A DNA stretch of 64,000 bases, from the NCBI GenBank assembly GCA_963765495.1, contig CAVXWP010000001.1, positions 1,216,001 through 1,280,000 on the forward strand, written 5' to 3'. A program made the translations under genes and the position numbers. Positions within the stretch are counted from its first letter, which is position 1, and each line of letters starts with the position of its first letter. This DNA comes from Blastocatellia bacterium. GTDB lineage: Bacteria; Acidobacteriota; Blastocatellia; UBA7656. A model generated the notes under the pieces. That model did not search any database. It had not been told where the DNA came from and saw only the letters and a list, made by a program, of their open reading frames with translations. This document shows positions 9,413-19,751 of this stretch, piece after piece.

Positions 9413-10482
9413 CATTTAGAGCTTTGTTGTCTTATAAATCGGGATTCGTTTATGTCCTGGTTTTCGCGTTTATCTGCGTTTCGGTTCCAGCCGCGTTCTC
9501 TCAGCAGGAAGGTCAGCAAAAACCGCCTCAGAGTTCATATCAGGTGAGCGGAGATGCTACATCGTCGAGCGTTATCGTCTCGCCAAAAGAAGAGTATCGA
9601 ATAGGGGCGAGCGATGTGATTGATATTCAGGTGGTGAGCCTGCCCGAGATGACGAGAACATGGCGTGTCGAAGCCGACGGTACGATAGCATTGCCTTATC
9701 TCGGCATCGTTCGAGCGGCTGACAAACCCGCAAGACAACTGGCTAAAGAGATCGCCGACGGGCTTCGCGGTGATTATCTCGTAGACCCGCAGGTCACGGT
9801 GATCGTAAAGCAGGTCAACAGCCGGACCTTTTTTATTCAGGGAGCGGTCAGAAGCCCGGGCGTTTATCAGATCACGGGTCGCCCTTCGCTTTTAGAGTTG
9901 ATAACGGTCGCCGGGGGACTCAGTAAGAGTTACGGCGCTACCGCTTTCATAATCCGCAGAGTCAAGAGACCTGAAAAAACGAGCGAGACGGCGAATCCTC
10001 AGACGGATGATAAGTCTTCCGGCGAGCCCTCTGAGTCAGACGGGATGCCGCAATTCGAGTTGATAAAGGCGAATATAAACGGCCTTCTTCGCGGCAACTT
10101 CGAGCAGAACATACCCGTTGAGCCCGGCGACATCGTGCACATTCCCGAGACCGATGTATTCTTTGTCGCGGGCGAAGTAAAAGCGCCCGGCTCTTTCCCG
10201 CTTAAGGAAGGCACGACCTTGCGCCAGGCCATATCGCTTGCGCAGGGCACTACATTTGAAGCCGCCACGGGTGAGGGCATCATATTCCGGGATGATACGA
10301 CAAACGGCAAGCGCGAAGAGATAAAGGTTGACATCAAAGATGTCATGTCGGGCAAGAAAGAAGACATTGCCATTCGCGCAAACGACATAATCATAGTTCC
10401 AAACAGCCGGTTCAAATCCGTAAGCGGTGCATTTCTTCGGGCGTTTGGATTGAGCGCCGCGCGCGCGCCCGTAAGATATTAG
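9409..10482 (+). CDS. Polysaccharide export protein (Wza/Poly_export + SLBB domains)
   Basis: EYRIGASDVIDI, DGTIALPYLG, GAVRSPGVY, GEVKAPG repeats; signal peptide. Confidence 0.92.
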   Translation: MTFRALLSYKSGFVYVLVFAFICVSVPAAFSQQEGQQKPPQSSYQVSGDATSSSVIVSPKEEYRIGASDVIDIQVVSLPEMTRTWRVEADGTIALPYLGIVRAADKPARQLAKEIADGLRGDYLVDPQVTVIVKQVNSRTFFIQGAVRSPGVYQITGRPSLLELITVAGGLSKSYGATAFIIRRVKRPEKTSETANPQTDDKSSGEPSESDGMPQFELIKANINGLLRGNFEQNIPVEPGDIVHIPETDVFFVAGEVKAPGSFPLKEGTTLRQAISLAQGTTFEAATGEGIIFRDDTTNGKREEIKVDIKDVMSGKKEDIAIRANDIIIVPNSRFKSVSGAFLRAFGLSAARAPVRY

Positions 10483-10508
10483 CTTTCAGCTTGCTCCGGG
10501 CGGCGTTC

Positions 10509-10652
10509 CAGCAATTCTCGGTTTAGAAATTCTGTCTTAACAAAAAGTGAACCACGAAATACACGAAGCACACGAAATAGAAGAATTATTCGTGTATTTA
10601 GTCTGTTTCGTGGTATATCCCGGTGCGATTTCCTCTAAACCGAGAATTGCTG
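10509..10652. mobile_element. MITE family A (144 bp), copy 1
   Basis: 19-bp perfect TIR CAGCAATTCTCGGTTTAGA; 9-bp TSD GCGGCGTTC on both sides; 143/144 identical to 39745-39888. Confidence 0.92.
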
Positions 10653-10726
10653 GCGGCGTTCAAAATTCTATAGGTAATTCCTTGAACTCAAGCAATAATA
10701 TCTGAGTATTTTCAGGAGAAGTAGAA

Positions 10727-13156
10727 ATGACAGATCAAGGGCTTGAAAAGATCCCACAAAAAGATGTAGCCCCCGCAGAGATTCGACCCAGTTACCCCGG
10801 CGCTTTTGCCGACAGGTATCCTCCTTCCTACGGCTACGGGTATGGCTACGGCGCGGAGGAAGGGCAGCTTAACCTGCGCCAGATCTGGCGGCTTGTTCGC
10901 AAGCGAAAATGGCTGATCATAAGCATCGCCCTGATTGTGACCACAATCGTCACTATCGAATCCTATCGCGCCAAATCCATCTATCGGGCCTCGGCCGTGG
11001 TCGAGATCGGACGCGACATGACCGCGCTCGCAAAAGCCGATAATGTGATCATACAAAATGATGACCCGCTTTATGTCAGCATGGCCACAAGCAAGGTCAT
11101 CATCAAAAGCCCTCCTGTGATCGAAGATGTAGTGACAAAACTCAAGCTCGATCAGAACGAGCGGTTTCTCGATGTGAACGGGAAAAAATCTTTCCTCGAA
11201 GCGCTGCGCGACATAGGGGTCAGGGCGCATGTTTTAAGCGCGCAGCCTACCGAGCCCGCCGTTTTTCAGGTGGCCGAAGATGAACAGCCGCGAGAGAGGC
11301 GAGAGCTTTCACAGAAAGAACTGGACCGTCTGTCTCCATATATAGGGGTGATCGAAGCCAATGTGAGCGCCGACGAGATTCCCGATACGCGGACGATGAG
11401 CATCTCCTTTACCCACACAAACGCGGAGATAGCCGCGGCGGTCGCCAACGCCGTCGCCGAAAGCTATATCAATTTCGATTTTCAAAACAAGACCGAAAAT
11501 GTCACAAAGGCGAGCAACTGGCTCGACCGCTCCACGCGTGAACTCAAGGCCAACGTAGAGAAGGCCGAAAGGGCGCTTGCCGACTACACTCGCGATCATA
11601 ATATTTTCTCGCTCGAAGGCAAAGAGACCTTAACGACCGACAAACTCTCTCGTCTGCACGATCAGGCCACGCGTGCCGAAACCGACCGAATACTCAAAGC
11701 CTCGCTTTATGAGGAGGTGCGAAAGGGGCGGGTCGCGCAGATACCCGAAGGCTTCTCCGATCCGAAGCTTGTCGAACTGCAAAAACAACTGGGCGCGCTT
11801 TCAACGCGTGCCGCCGAATTGAGCGCCACATACGGGCCCAAGCACCCGGAGGTGGTCAAGATCACTCGTCAGATCGAATCCATACAGAGCCAGATAGACG
11901 ACAGTCGCTCGTCTCTCGAAGAGAAACTCAAGGCCGATTACGAGCGCGCCCTTCGCGACGAGCAGGCGCTTAAAGAGGCGCTCGCCCGCGCCAAAGGCGA
12001 AGCCGTACAGCAAAACCAGGATGCTATCCAGTTCAATATCCTGAAGCAGGACGTAGACACGGCCAAATCCCTCTACACGGAATTCCTGGGAAAGATGAAA
12101 CAGGCCGATCTCGAAGTCGCGCAGCAGAAAAACAACCTCCGCCTGATCGCGCCCGCGCGAGTGTCGTGGGTGCCCGTTGGCCCGAATCGCTTTCGCCAGA
12201 TACTTATGGGTCTTTTCCTGAGCCTTGCCGCAGGCATCGGCCTCGCCTATTTCCTCGATTATCTCGATAACACCATAAAGAATGTCGAAGACGTAAACCG
12301 CTACATGCAACTTCCCGCGCTTGGCGTAATCCCGGCCATAGCCTCGGGCCGGGCCGATTCGATCAATGGCAGGGCAGGCGCGCGGGCGACCCTCAAAGGG
12401 AGCCAGTCCATCAATACACCCGAGAACGGATCGCTTTCCAATAGACCGGGCCAAATAATGGCGATGGACAGACGCTCATCGGCTGCGGAAGCCTATCGCG
12501 CGCTCAGAACTTCGGTGATGCTGTCATCGGCGGGCAATCCGCCTAAATGCATACTGGTCACGAGCGGACAGGCGGGCGAAGGCAAAACGACCACCACCAT
12601 CAATACCGCCATTTCGCTTGCGCAACTCGGCTCCTCGGTCCTCATCATAGATTGCGACCTTCGCCGCCCGTCGGTTCACAAGGTCTTTGGCGTAGATCAG
12701 ACGCAGGGGGTCTCAACCTATCTTTCGCGCAATGTCGATATAGACACCCTTATCCAGAAGATGCAGATTCCGAACCTGTCGCTTCTGCCCTGCGGGCCGA
12801 TACCGCCGAACCCGGCCGAGTTGATCAGTTCTCAGAAGATGAAGGACATGCTCAAAATGCTCTCCGAGCGGTTCGACCATATACTGATAGATTCTCCGCC
12901 GCTCATAAACGTTACGGACCCCGTGATACTTTCAACGCTTGTTGACGGCGTCATCCTCGTGATTCACGGCGGCAAGAGCCCGCGCTCTGTCGCGTGGCGC
13001 GCAAAACAGGAACTGACAAGCGTCGGAGCCAAGATATTCGGCGTGGTCCTCAATAACGTAGACCTCACACGCGGAGGATACGACGAGTACTACTACCACA
13101 GACACTATTCCGGCTATTACGAATCGACGGGTACCGAACAGCGAGACGGACAGTAG
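10727..13156 (+). CDS. wzc: Polysaccharide co-polymerase / tyrosine autokinase (Wzc/GumC type)
   Basis: Two TMs around a coiled-coil periplasmic region; EAYRALRT, Walker A GEGKTT, IDCDLRRP, DSPP, C-terminal Tyr cluster. Confidence 0.93.
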   Translation: MTDQGLEKIPQKDVAPAEIRPSYPGAFADRYPPSYGYGYGYGAEEGQLNLRQIWRLVRKRKWLIISIALIVTTIVTIESYRAKSIYRASAVVEIGRDMTALAKADNVIIQNDDPLYVSMATSKVIIKSPPVIEDVVTKLKLDQNERFLDVNGKKSFLEALRDIGVRAHVLSAQPTEPAVFQVAEDEQPRERRELSQKELDRLSPYIGVIEANVSADEIPDTRTMSISFTHTNAEIAAAVANAVAESYINFDFQNKTENVTKASNWLDRSTRELKANVEKAERALADYTRDHNIFSLEGKETLTTDKLSRLHDQATRAETDRILKASLYEEVRKGRVAQIPEGFSDPKLVELQKQLGALSTRAAELSATYGPKHPEVVKITRQIESIQSQIDDSRSSLEEKLKADYERALRDEQALKEALARAKGEAVQQNQDAIQFNILKQDVDTAKSLYTEFLGKMKQADLEVAQQKNNLRLIAPARVSWVPVGPNRFRQILMGLFLSLAAGIGLAYFLDYLDNTIKNVEDVNRYMQLPALGVIPAIASGRADSINGRAGARATLKGSQSINTPENGSLSNRPGQIMAMDRRSSAAEAYRALRTSVMLSSAGNPPKCILVTSGQAGEGKTTTTINTAISLAQLGSSVLIIDCDLRRPSVHKVFGVDQTQGVSTYLSRNVDIDTLIQKMQIPNLSLLPCGPIPPNPAELISSQKMKDMLKMLSERFDHILIDSPPLINVTDPVILSTLVDGVILVIHGGKSPRSVAWRAKQELTSVGAKIFGVVLNNVDLTRGGYDEYYYHRHYSGYYESTGTEQRDGQ

Positions 13157-13158
13157 GC

Positions 13159-13338
13159 GGGGGCCAGGGGCCGGGGGCCGGGGCCGGTGATCAGTGATCA
13201 GTATCCTGGAATCTGGACAAGTCTGATCCGCGTAAATCCGCCTCGATCCGCGTAATCCGTGGGCTATTGCTACTGTCCTGATCTTGCGGTTCCATTTAAT
13301 CGATAATAATTCCAACAAACCGATCACTGACCACTGCC
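13159..13338. repeat. Intergenic composite of short repeats (GGGGCC tandem, TGATCAG repeats, ATCCGCG repeats)
   Basis: GGGGGCCAGGGGCCGGGGGCCGGGG, then GGTGATCAGTGATCAGT...CCGATCACTGACCACT. ATCCGCGTAAATCCGCC resembles the core of MITE B (6327-6368). Confidence 0.55.
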
Positions 13339-13339
13339 T

Positions 13340-15175
13340 ATGTGCGGACTTGTAGCTCTTTTTCGATACCATGCTCAATCGCCCGAACTCGACAGAGGCG
13401 AACTGGAAAAGATGCGCGACTATATGAGCGGGCGCGGCCCCGATGGAAGCGGAGCGTGGTTTTCCGCAGACCGCCGCGTGGCGCTCGGCCATCGCCGCCT
13501 TTCAATCGTGGACCTGAGCGATGCGGGCGCTCAGCCGATGACAAATGAAACGGGGAGCCTCCGCCTCGTCTTCAACGGAGAGATATACAATTACCAGCCG
13601 CTCAGAGAACATTTGATCGAACAGGGCCACACGTTTAGCTCGCATGCGGATACGGAAGTCCTGCTTCACCTCTATGAAGAAAAAGGCGAGCGGATGTTTG
13701 ATGACCTTCGCGGCATGTTCGCTTTTGCTTTGTGGGACGCCGAACGCAACGGGCTGCTGCTTGCCCGCGACCACTACGGCATCAAGCCTCTTTACTACGC
13801 CGATGACGGAAGAGTTGTGCGCGTGGCCTCTCAGGTCAAGGCGTTACTGTCCGGGGGCCGCGTCTCGCGCGAGCAGGAGCCTGCCGGGATCTGTGGATTT
13901 TATATTACCGGGAGCGTTCCCGAACCCTTTACAACCTATAAAGAGATACGCTCGGTCCCGGCCGGAAGCTATCTCTGGATAACCGAGCGCGGGGCCAAAG
14001 AGCCTCGCAGCTATTTTTCTGTAGCCGCGATATTTCGAGACGCCCGTCTTGCGGCCTCTGATTCTTCATCGGTTCAACGGGAGCGCGTGGTGGCCGATGC
14101 TCTGCTCGATTCCGTACGCCATCATCTGATCGCCGATGTCCCGGTGATCGCGTTCCTGTCGGCAGGGATCGACTCCGGTTCGATAGTCGGGCTTGCGCGC
14201 GACGCGGGGGCCGAAAATTTACAGACCGTGACGCTGGCCTTTGAAGAGTATCAGGGTAAGGCTGAAAACGAAGCGCCGCTTGCCGCCCAGATTGCCTGCC
14301 ATTACGGCACCCGTCATAGCACGCGCGTGCTCGGCGAAGCGGAATTTTGCGCCGATCTGCCAAAGATACTCGAAGCGATGGACCAGCCTACCATAGACGG
14401 CATAAACACTTATTTCGTAAGCAAGGCATCGGCAGAACTCGGAGTAAAAGCCGCTTTATCTGGGCTTGGCGGAGACGAGCTTTTCGGAGGCTATCCGTCA
14501 TTTCAAGACATACCCCGCTGGGTGGAAAGAGTCGCTGCCGTGGGTCGCGTGCCGGGGCTTGGCAAGGTTGCGCGCTCTTTTGTCGCCCCGTTTATTTCTG
14601 AAAACCGCTCTCCAAAACTCGCGGGGATGATCGAATACGGCGGCACGTATGCTGGCGCTTACCTGCTGCGGAGGGGGCTTTTTATGCCCTGGGAATTAAA
14701 GAACCTGCTTGGCGAAGAGATGGCCTCGGAAGGGCTTCGCCGCTTAAAGCCTCTGGAGTATTTCAACGCCATGCTACAACCCGATCCCGGTCTGCCTTTC
14801 GCCCGCGTGGCCGCGCTTGAGGCGTCTCTTTACATGCGCAATCAATTGCTGCGCGATGCCGATTGGGCCGGTATGGCGCATTCGCTCGAAATCCGAACCC
14901 CGCTTGTGGACGCGCAACTCTTAAAATCGCTCGCTCCAGTCCTGATAAAAGAATCGGCGAGAGGCAAGAGCCTGCTTGCCAAAAGCCCTTCACGCCCGTT
15001 GCCCCGGTCAATCACCGCGCGCCCAAAGACAGGCTTTACCGTCCCCATAAGCCGGTGGATAGAACAAAACAAGAGCCTCGATGTGTGGCGCAAAATTCCC
15101 GAGCTTTCCCGCCCTGGAATTCACTGGTCGCGCCGCTGGGCCTACACCGCGGTCGAACTCGGAGTATCGCTTTAA
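13340..15175 (+). CDS. asnB: Asparagine synthase (glutamine-hydrolysing)-like amidotransferase 1
   Basis: MCG N-terminal nucleophile, RGPD, HRRLSIVDL, FNGEIYN, LSAGIDS, GDELFGGY. Confidence 0.93.
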   Translation: MCGLVALFRYHAQSPELDRGELEKMRDYMSGRGPDGSGAWFSADRRVALGHRRLSIVDLSDAGAQPMTNETGSLRLVFNGEIYNYQPLREHLIEQGHTFSSHADTEVLLHLYEEKGERMFDDLRGMFAFALWDAERNGLLLARDHYGIKPLYYADDGRVVRVASQVKALLSGGRVSREQEPAGICGFYITGSVPEPFTTYKEIRSVPAGSYLWITERGAKEPRSYFSVAAIFRDARLAASDSSSVQRERVVADALLDSVRHHLIADVPVIAFLSAGIDSGSIVGLARDAGAENLQTVTLAFEEYQGKAENEAPLAAQIACHYGTRHSTRVLGEAEFCADLPKILEAMDQPTIDGINTYFVSKASAELGVKAALSGLGGDELFGGYPSFQDIPRWVERVAAVGRVPGLGKVARSFVAPFISENRSPKLAGMIEYGGTYAGAYLLRRGLFMPWELKNLLGEEMASEGLRRLKPLEYFNAMLQPDPGLPFARVAALEASLYMRNQLLRDADWAGMAHSLEIRTPLVDAQLLKSLAPVLIKESARGKSLLAKSPSRPLPRSITARPKTGFTVPISRWIEQNKSLDVWRKIPELSRPGIHWSRRWAYTAVELGVSL

Positions 15176-15178
15176 CAG

Positions 15179-16012
15179 ATGTCTGAAATAAGCCGCGAAG
15201 AGATAGTCATAGAACCGGGCCGGGGCTTTAAGCACTACTGGCGGGACCTCTGGAATTACCGCGAGTTGTTTTACTTTCTGGCCTGGCGCGACATCGCCGT
15301 ACGCTATAAACAGACAGTCATAGGCGTGGCCTGGAGCGTCATCCGGCCCGTGTTGACTATGGCCGTCTTCGTAGTGGTATTCGGGCATCTCGCCAAATTG
15401 CCTTCGGATGGAGTGCCTTATCCGATACTGGTCTTTGCGGCGATGCTGCCGTGGCAGTTCTTTTCAAACGCGCTCTCGGAGAGCAGCAACAGCCTCGTGG
15501 GAAACGCCAATATGATCTCGAAGGTCTACTTCCCGCGCCTCGCGATTCCTGCCAGCGCCGTGATCGTGAGCTTTGTTGATTTCCTGATCTCGTTTGCGGT
15601 GCTTGTGATACTGATGATCTGGTATCAGTTTGCGCCGGGCTGGCGTTTGCTCACTCTCCCGTTTTTTACGCTTCTGGCACTCGGCGCGGCGCTCGGCGCG
15701 GGGCTGTGGTTTGCTTCGCTCAATGTCAAGTATAGAGACTTTCGCTTTATCGTCCCTTTCGTAGTCCAATTCGGGTTGTACATTTCGCCCGTAGGTTTCA
15801 GCAGCCAGATCGTGCCCGCCCGCTGGCGTTTGCTTTATTCCGTCAACCCGCTCGTAGGCGTAATAGACGGGTTTCGCTGGGCGATCCTCGGCGATAATGT
15901 AGAGCTTTACCTGCCGGGTTTTGCGCTCTCGGTAGGGATAGTGATTATGTTACTTGTGAGCGGCGCGTGGTATTTCCGCAGAACCGAAAGAACTTTTGCC
16001 GATGTGATTTGA
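15179..16012 (+). CDS. wzm: Polysaccharide ABC transporter permease
   Basis: WRDIAVRYKQTVIG..W, ISKVYFPR, YRDFRFIVP, ERTFADVI. Confidence 0.93.
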   Translation: MSEISREEIVIEPGRGFKHYWRDLWNYRELFYFLAWRDIAVRYKQTVIGVAWSVIRPVLTMAVFVVVFGHLAKLPSDGVPYPILVFAAMLPWQFFSNALSESSNSLVGNANMISKVYFPRLAIPASAVIVSFVDFLISFAVLVILMIWYQFAPGWRLLTLPFFTLLALGAALGAGLWFASLNVKYRDFRFIVPFVVQFGLYISPVGFSSQIVPARWRLLYSVNPLVGVIDGFRWAILGDNVELYLPGFALSVGIVIMLLVSGAWYFRRTERTFADVI

Positions 16013-16047
16013 GTGAACGGTAAAAGGTGATTTGGTAGAATAAAGCT

Positions 16048-16386
16048 ATGAACCTCGAAATTGTAGAAGATTCAGTGCCGCTCAGGGTAGATGCATCAGG
16101 AGTAGTGCGCGTCGGTGAAACCAGAGTGTCAATTGATGTGGTGGTTCGAGCATATCTTGAGGGGGCAATACCGGAGGAAATCGCCGAACAATTCCCCTCC
16201 TTGCTACTGGCCGATGTTTATGCGGCAATAACCTACTATCTCAAGCATCGAGATGAAGTTGACAGGTATCTCGGCTGGCGGCAGCAGGAGCGCGAAAAAG
16301 TAAAACAAGAGAACGAAGCAAGGACCAACCCTTCAGGCTTGCGTGAGCGTCTTCTGGCGCGGATGAAATCTTCGACAACAAAATAA
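16048..16386 (+). CDS. DUF433 domain protein (VapB45-like antitoxin)
   Basis: GVVRVGETRVSID..G..PEEIAEQFPSL.LADVYAAITYY. An extended -10 (TGGTAGAAT, 16033-16041) lies 6 nt before the ATG. Confidence 0.88.
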   Translation: MNLEIVEDSVPLRVDASGVVRVGETRVSIDVVVRAYLEGAIPEEIAEQFPSLLLADVYAAITYYLKHRDEVDRYLGWRQQEREKVKQENEARTNPSGLRERLLARMKSSTTK

Positions 16387-16740
16387 ATGCTGCGTCTGGC
16401 GACCGATGAGGACTTTAACAATCGAATCTTGAGAGGCTTGTTGCGGCGTATGCCGGAACTTGACATAGTGCGCGTTCAGGATGCCGGATTGCGGGGCAAC
16501 GAAGACCGGGATGTGTTGGAATGGGCAGCAGGTGAAGATCGTGTGCTTTTGACTCACGATGTTTCGACAATGTCGGCATTTGCTTACGAGAGGATTAAGC
16601 AGGGACTGGCGATGCCCGGCATATTTGAGATAAGCCAGGATATGCCGATTGGTCAGGCTATAGACGAGATTATTTTGATAGCGGCGGTTAGCTTAGAGGG
16701 AGAATATGAGGGCCAAGTGCGATACTTGCCGCTAGGGTAA
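16387..16740 (+). CDS. DUF5615 PIN-like protein (VapC45-like toxin)
   Basis: LATDEDFN, VRVQDAGL.G.ED..VLEWAA.EDRVLLTHD. Confidence 0.88.
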   Translation: MLRLATDEDFNNRILRGLLRRMPELDIVRVQDAGLRGNEDRDVLEWAAGEDRVLLTHDVSTMSAFAYERIKQGLAMPGIFEISQDMPIGQAIDEIILIAAVSLEGEYEGQVRYLPLG

Positions 16741-16821
16741 CAGCCGCGAATATTTACGAATCGAGAGGCGAGTTGATAAGAATGTCTACTTTGGCTCAAC
16801 CCTGTAGATTTTGTGCTGACT

Positions 16822-17034
16822 ATGACGGTTAAAGTAATAAGCGATCAGGAAGTAATCAACGAAGCGGCGGAGATTCTGTTAAAGCATATGGAGCCGGAAA
16901 AGGTAGCTCGATTCTGGACTGTCTGGCAGCCTGGAAGCGGGAGCTATTTGGCAATCAAAGAGGAGTTGTTCGCGGGCGAAACTGTGGAGTCTCTCTTTGA
17001 GAAAGTGCGGGCCTACCAGGAAGATAAATCTTAG
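16822..17034 (+). CDS. Small hypothetical protein (possible orphan antitoxin-like)
   Basis: 70-aa ORF from the second Met, with EAAEILLKHM...ARFW..GSYL pattern, between the TA pair and wzt. Confidence 0.6.
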   Translation: MTVKVISDQEVINEAAEILLKHMEPEKVARFWTVWQPGSGSYLAIKEELFAGETVESLFEKVRAYQEDKS

Positions 17035-17107
17035 CTTTCTTTCCTTAATGGGTGACGAGCGCATTTCTTTGCCATCGAGACTCGATCAATAGGCTTAGTA
17101 AAACCTA

Positions 17108-18406
17108 ATGCCGGAAAAAGTCATTCAGGTCGAAAACCTGAGCAAGCGATACATCATAGGCCATCAGCAGGAGGGGGGCTATCGAACCCTCCGCGATGTT
17201 ATGGCCACGAGCGCCCGGCGATTTGGCAACCGCCTGCTTCATCCGTTTAACGGAGCGGCGGCCTCAAACGGCAACGGCAGCCGCGAAGAGTTCTGGGCTT
17301 TGAAGGATATTTCATTCGATGTAAGGCAGGGTGAAGTCATAGGCATAATCGGGCGAAACGGGGCAGGGAAATCGACGCTTCTCAAAATACTGAGCCGGAT
17401 TACAGAGCCTTCATCGGGGCGAGTGCGAATCAGAGGGCGCGTATCGAGTTTGCTTGAGGTCGGGACCGGGTTTCATCCAGAGCTTACGGGGCGCGAGAAT
17501 ATTTTCCTGAACGGCGCGATACTCGGAATGTTGAAGGCAGAGATAACACGAAAATTTGACGAGATAGTAGCCTTTGCCGAAGTGGAAAAATTTCTTGATA
17601 CGCCCGTGAAAAGGTATTCATCAGGGATGTACGTGCGGCTTGCGTTTGCCGTAGCCGCGCACCTTGAGCCCGAGATATTGATCGTTGACGAAGTGCTCGC
17701 CGTCGGTGACGCGCAGTTCCAAAAGAAGTGTCTTGGGAAGATGGGTGATGTGGCGAAGGAGGGACGAACTGTATTGTTTGTTAGCCACCAGTTGGGAATG
17801 ATCGCGCAGATGTGTAGCCAAGCTCTTGTCTTGAAATATGGTCAGCTAATTAATCAAGGTAGCGCAAAAGAGATGATAGCGTCTTACCTAGATAATTCAG
17901 TACAGAGAGAAGAAATCGGGGTTAGAACCAAAAGCCCAATAAATGAAGAAGTTTATTTTACAGAGATACAAACAATAAATATAACTAATACTTTAACTTC
18001 CGAGTTCGGGCATACAGAGTCCGTAACATTAAGGATGAAGTTTTCTGCCAGGAAATATTTTGAAGAAGTTATTCTCGGAGTGTTTGTGAGAGACTTTCAA
18101 GGTAGAAAGATATTTACTAATGATATGGAGGTTGAGTTGCCAAAACTTTTCAGTAGGCCAGTAGACTACGTAGCACATATGAGAGTTCCTCCAAGCCTCT
18201 TAGCTCCAGGCCATTATACTTTCTCTGTAGCGCTTCATGTTCCAAAGGTCAGATTTTTGGATAAGATAGAGGATGCTTGCAAGTTTACTATTGTTGATGT
18301 TGGATCTGAGTTTGCGAAATACGGGAACATAGATTTTGGCTGCATTTTTGCTGATTGTATCTGGAATATTCAACCCGTAGAGTTAGGCGTGAATGCGGAG
18401 GGCTGA
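17108..18406 (+). CDS. wzt: Polysaccharide ABC transporter ATP-binding protein with C-terminal carbohydrate-binding domain
   Basis: GRNGAGKST, YSSGMYVRLAF, DEVLAVGD; C-terminal beta-rich Wzt_C-like extension. Confidence 0.94.
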   Translation: MPEKVIQVENLSKRYIIGHQQEGGYRTLRDVMATSARRFGNRLLHPFNGAAASNGNGSREEFWALKDISFDVRQGEVIGIIGRNGAGKSTLLKILSRITEPSSGRVRIRGRVSSLLEVGTGFHPELTGRENIFLNGAILGMLKAEITRKFDEIVAFAEVEKFLDTPVKRYSSGMYVRLAFAVAAHLEPEILIVDEVLAVGDAQFQKKCLGKMGDVAKEGRTVLFVSHQLGMIAQMCSQALVLKYGQLINQGSAKEMIASYLDNSVQREEIGVRTKSPINEEVYFTEIQTINITNTLTSEFGHTESVTLRMKFSARKYFEEVILGVFVRDFQGRKIFTNDMEVELPKLFSRPVDYVAHMRVPPSLLAPGHYTFSVALHVPKVRFLDKIEDACKFTIVDVGSEFAKYGNIDFGCIFADCIWNIQPVELGVNAEG

Positions 18407-18603
18407 CAGTTTAACCCGTCCATTTATCTGTATGTCTATCAAGCATTTTTTTATGTAGATGCATAATACAATGGAACCTAAGTTTATTGATTTTTTTGCC
18501 CAATAAAAAACGGGCTAAACACCAGCATTTAGTTTGACTTGGCAATGGTACAAAAACCTCAAGTATTTTAGGTTCCAGTGTAATAATCATAAAGATAAAA
18601 AAT

Positions 18604-19701
18604 ATGCGAATACTATATGACGGCTTGATCTATGAATATCAGGTTGCTGGAGGTATAAACCGATACTTTTCGAGCATAATCAGAAGATTGCCGGAAGGAT
18701 TTGTTCCTCTTCTATTAACGTCTTTCTCTCGGGATGTTAATTATCCGTTTCATCCGAATTTAAAGGTCTTTGGTTTGAATCGTTTCAGTTTTCGCCCGGG
18801 TCGTATTTCGTCCAGATTGAACGCCTACTATCGCAAACACCTTGCCTCTATCAAACGTCCGGATGTTGCTCACCCCACTTATTATTCACTGCTCACCAGG
18901 CAGGGATTTGATAGTTACCGCTGCCCCGTCGTGATCACCGTATGGGATATGATTCACGAACTATTCGCTGAACAGATGGACCCTACGGGCCAACAGGCGT
19001 GGGAGAAGCGGCAGGCTATTATGGCGGCTCAGGCAATAATCTGCATATCTGAAAATACAAAACGCGATTTACTTGAGCATTACAACATTCCTGAATCCAA
19101 GATCAGGGTTGTTCATCTGGCTTCAGATATCCACATAGGTCTTGCAAATGGTACCGAACCGGTTTCGACACATCCTTATTATCTATATGTAGGCAGCCGC
19201 GCCAGCTACAAAAATTTCGAAGGACTACTTGCAGCTTTAGCAAAGGTAGTTTCGATTCGGCCCGAAATACATCTCACCGTAGTTGGCGCGCCCTTTGATG
19301 AAAGGGAAAAAAAACAGTTGGTTGAGTTTGGACTCTCTGATCGCGTTGCGAACCTTGGTAATGTAAGCGATGCCCATCTCGCCAAACTCTATAATTGTAG
19401 TATCGCTTTAGTCTATCCATCCCTCTATGAAGGATTCGGAATTCCTCCGCTGGAAGCCATGTGCTGCGGAACCGCTGTTGTTGCCTCCAATACTTCAAGT
19501 ATTCCTGAAGTTGTAGGCGATGCGAGTCTGTTTTTTGATCCAACAGTAATTGATGAATTGGCAGATATCTTACAGTTTCTCTTTGACAATCCTTCGGACC
19601 GTGACCATCTGATTACAAAGGGGTATGAAAGGTCTAAACTCTTTAGTTGGGACAAAACGGTGGCTCAAACAATAGATGTGTATCGTTCCGTATGTGATTG
19701 A
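18604..19701 (+). CDS. Glycosyltransferase family 4 (GT-B)
   Basis: LYVGSRASYKN, YPSLYEGFGIPPLEAM. Confidence 0.92.
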   Translation: MRILYDGLIYEYQVAGGINRYFSSIIRRLPEGFVPLLLTSFSRDVNYPFHPNLKVFGLNRFSFRPGRISSRLNAYYRKHLASIKRPDVAHPTYYSLLTRQGFDSYRCPVVITVWDMIHELFAEQMDPTGQQAWEKRQAIMAAQAIICISENTKRDLLEHYNIPESKIRVVHLASDIHIGLANGTEPVSTHPYYLYVGSRASYKNFEGLLAALAKVVSIRPEIHLTVVGAPFDEREKKQLVEFGLSDRVANLGNVSDAHLAKLYNCSIALVYPSLYEGFGIPPLEAMCCGTAVVASNTSSIPEVVGDASLFFDPTVIDELADILQFLFDNPSDRDHLITKGYERSKLFSWDKTVAQTIDVYRSVCD

Positions 19702-19751
19702 GGAAAGTTAAAATCATATCGGGCTGCATTATTCTTAGATCATCAGGCAAT

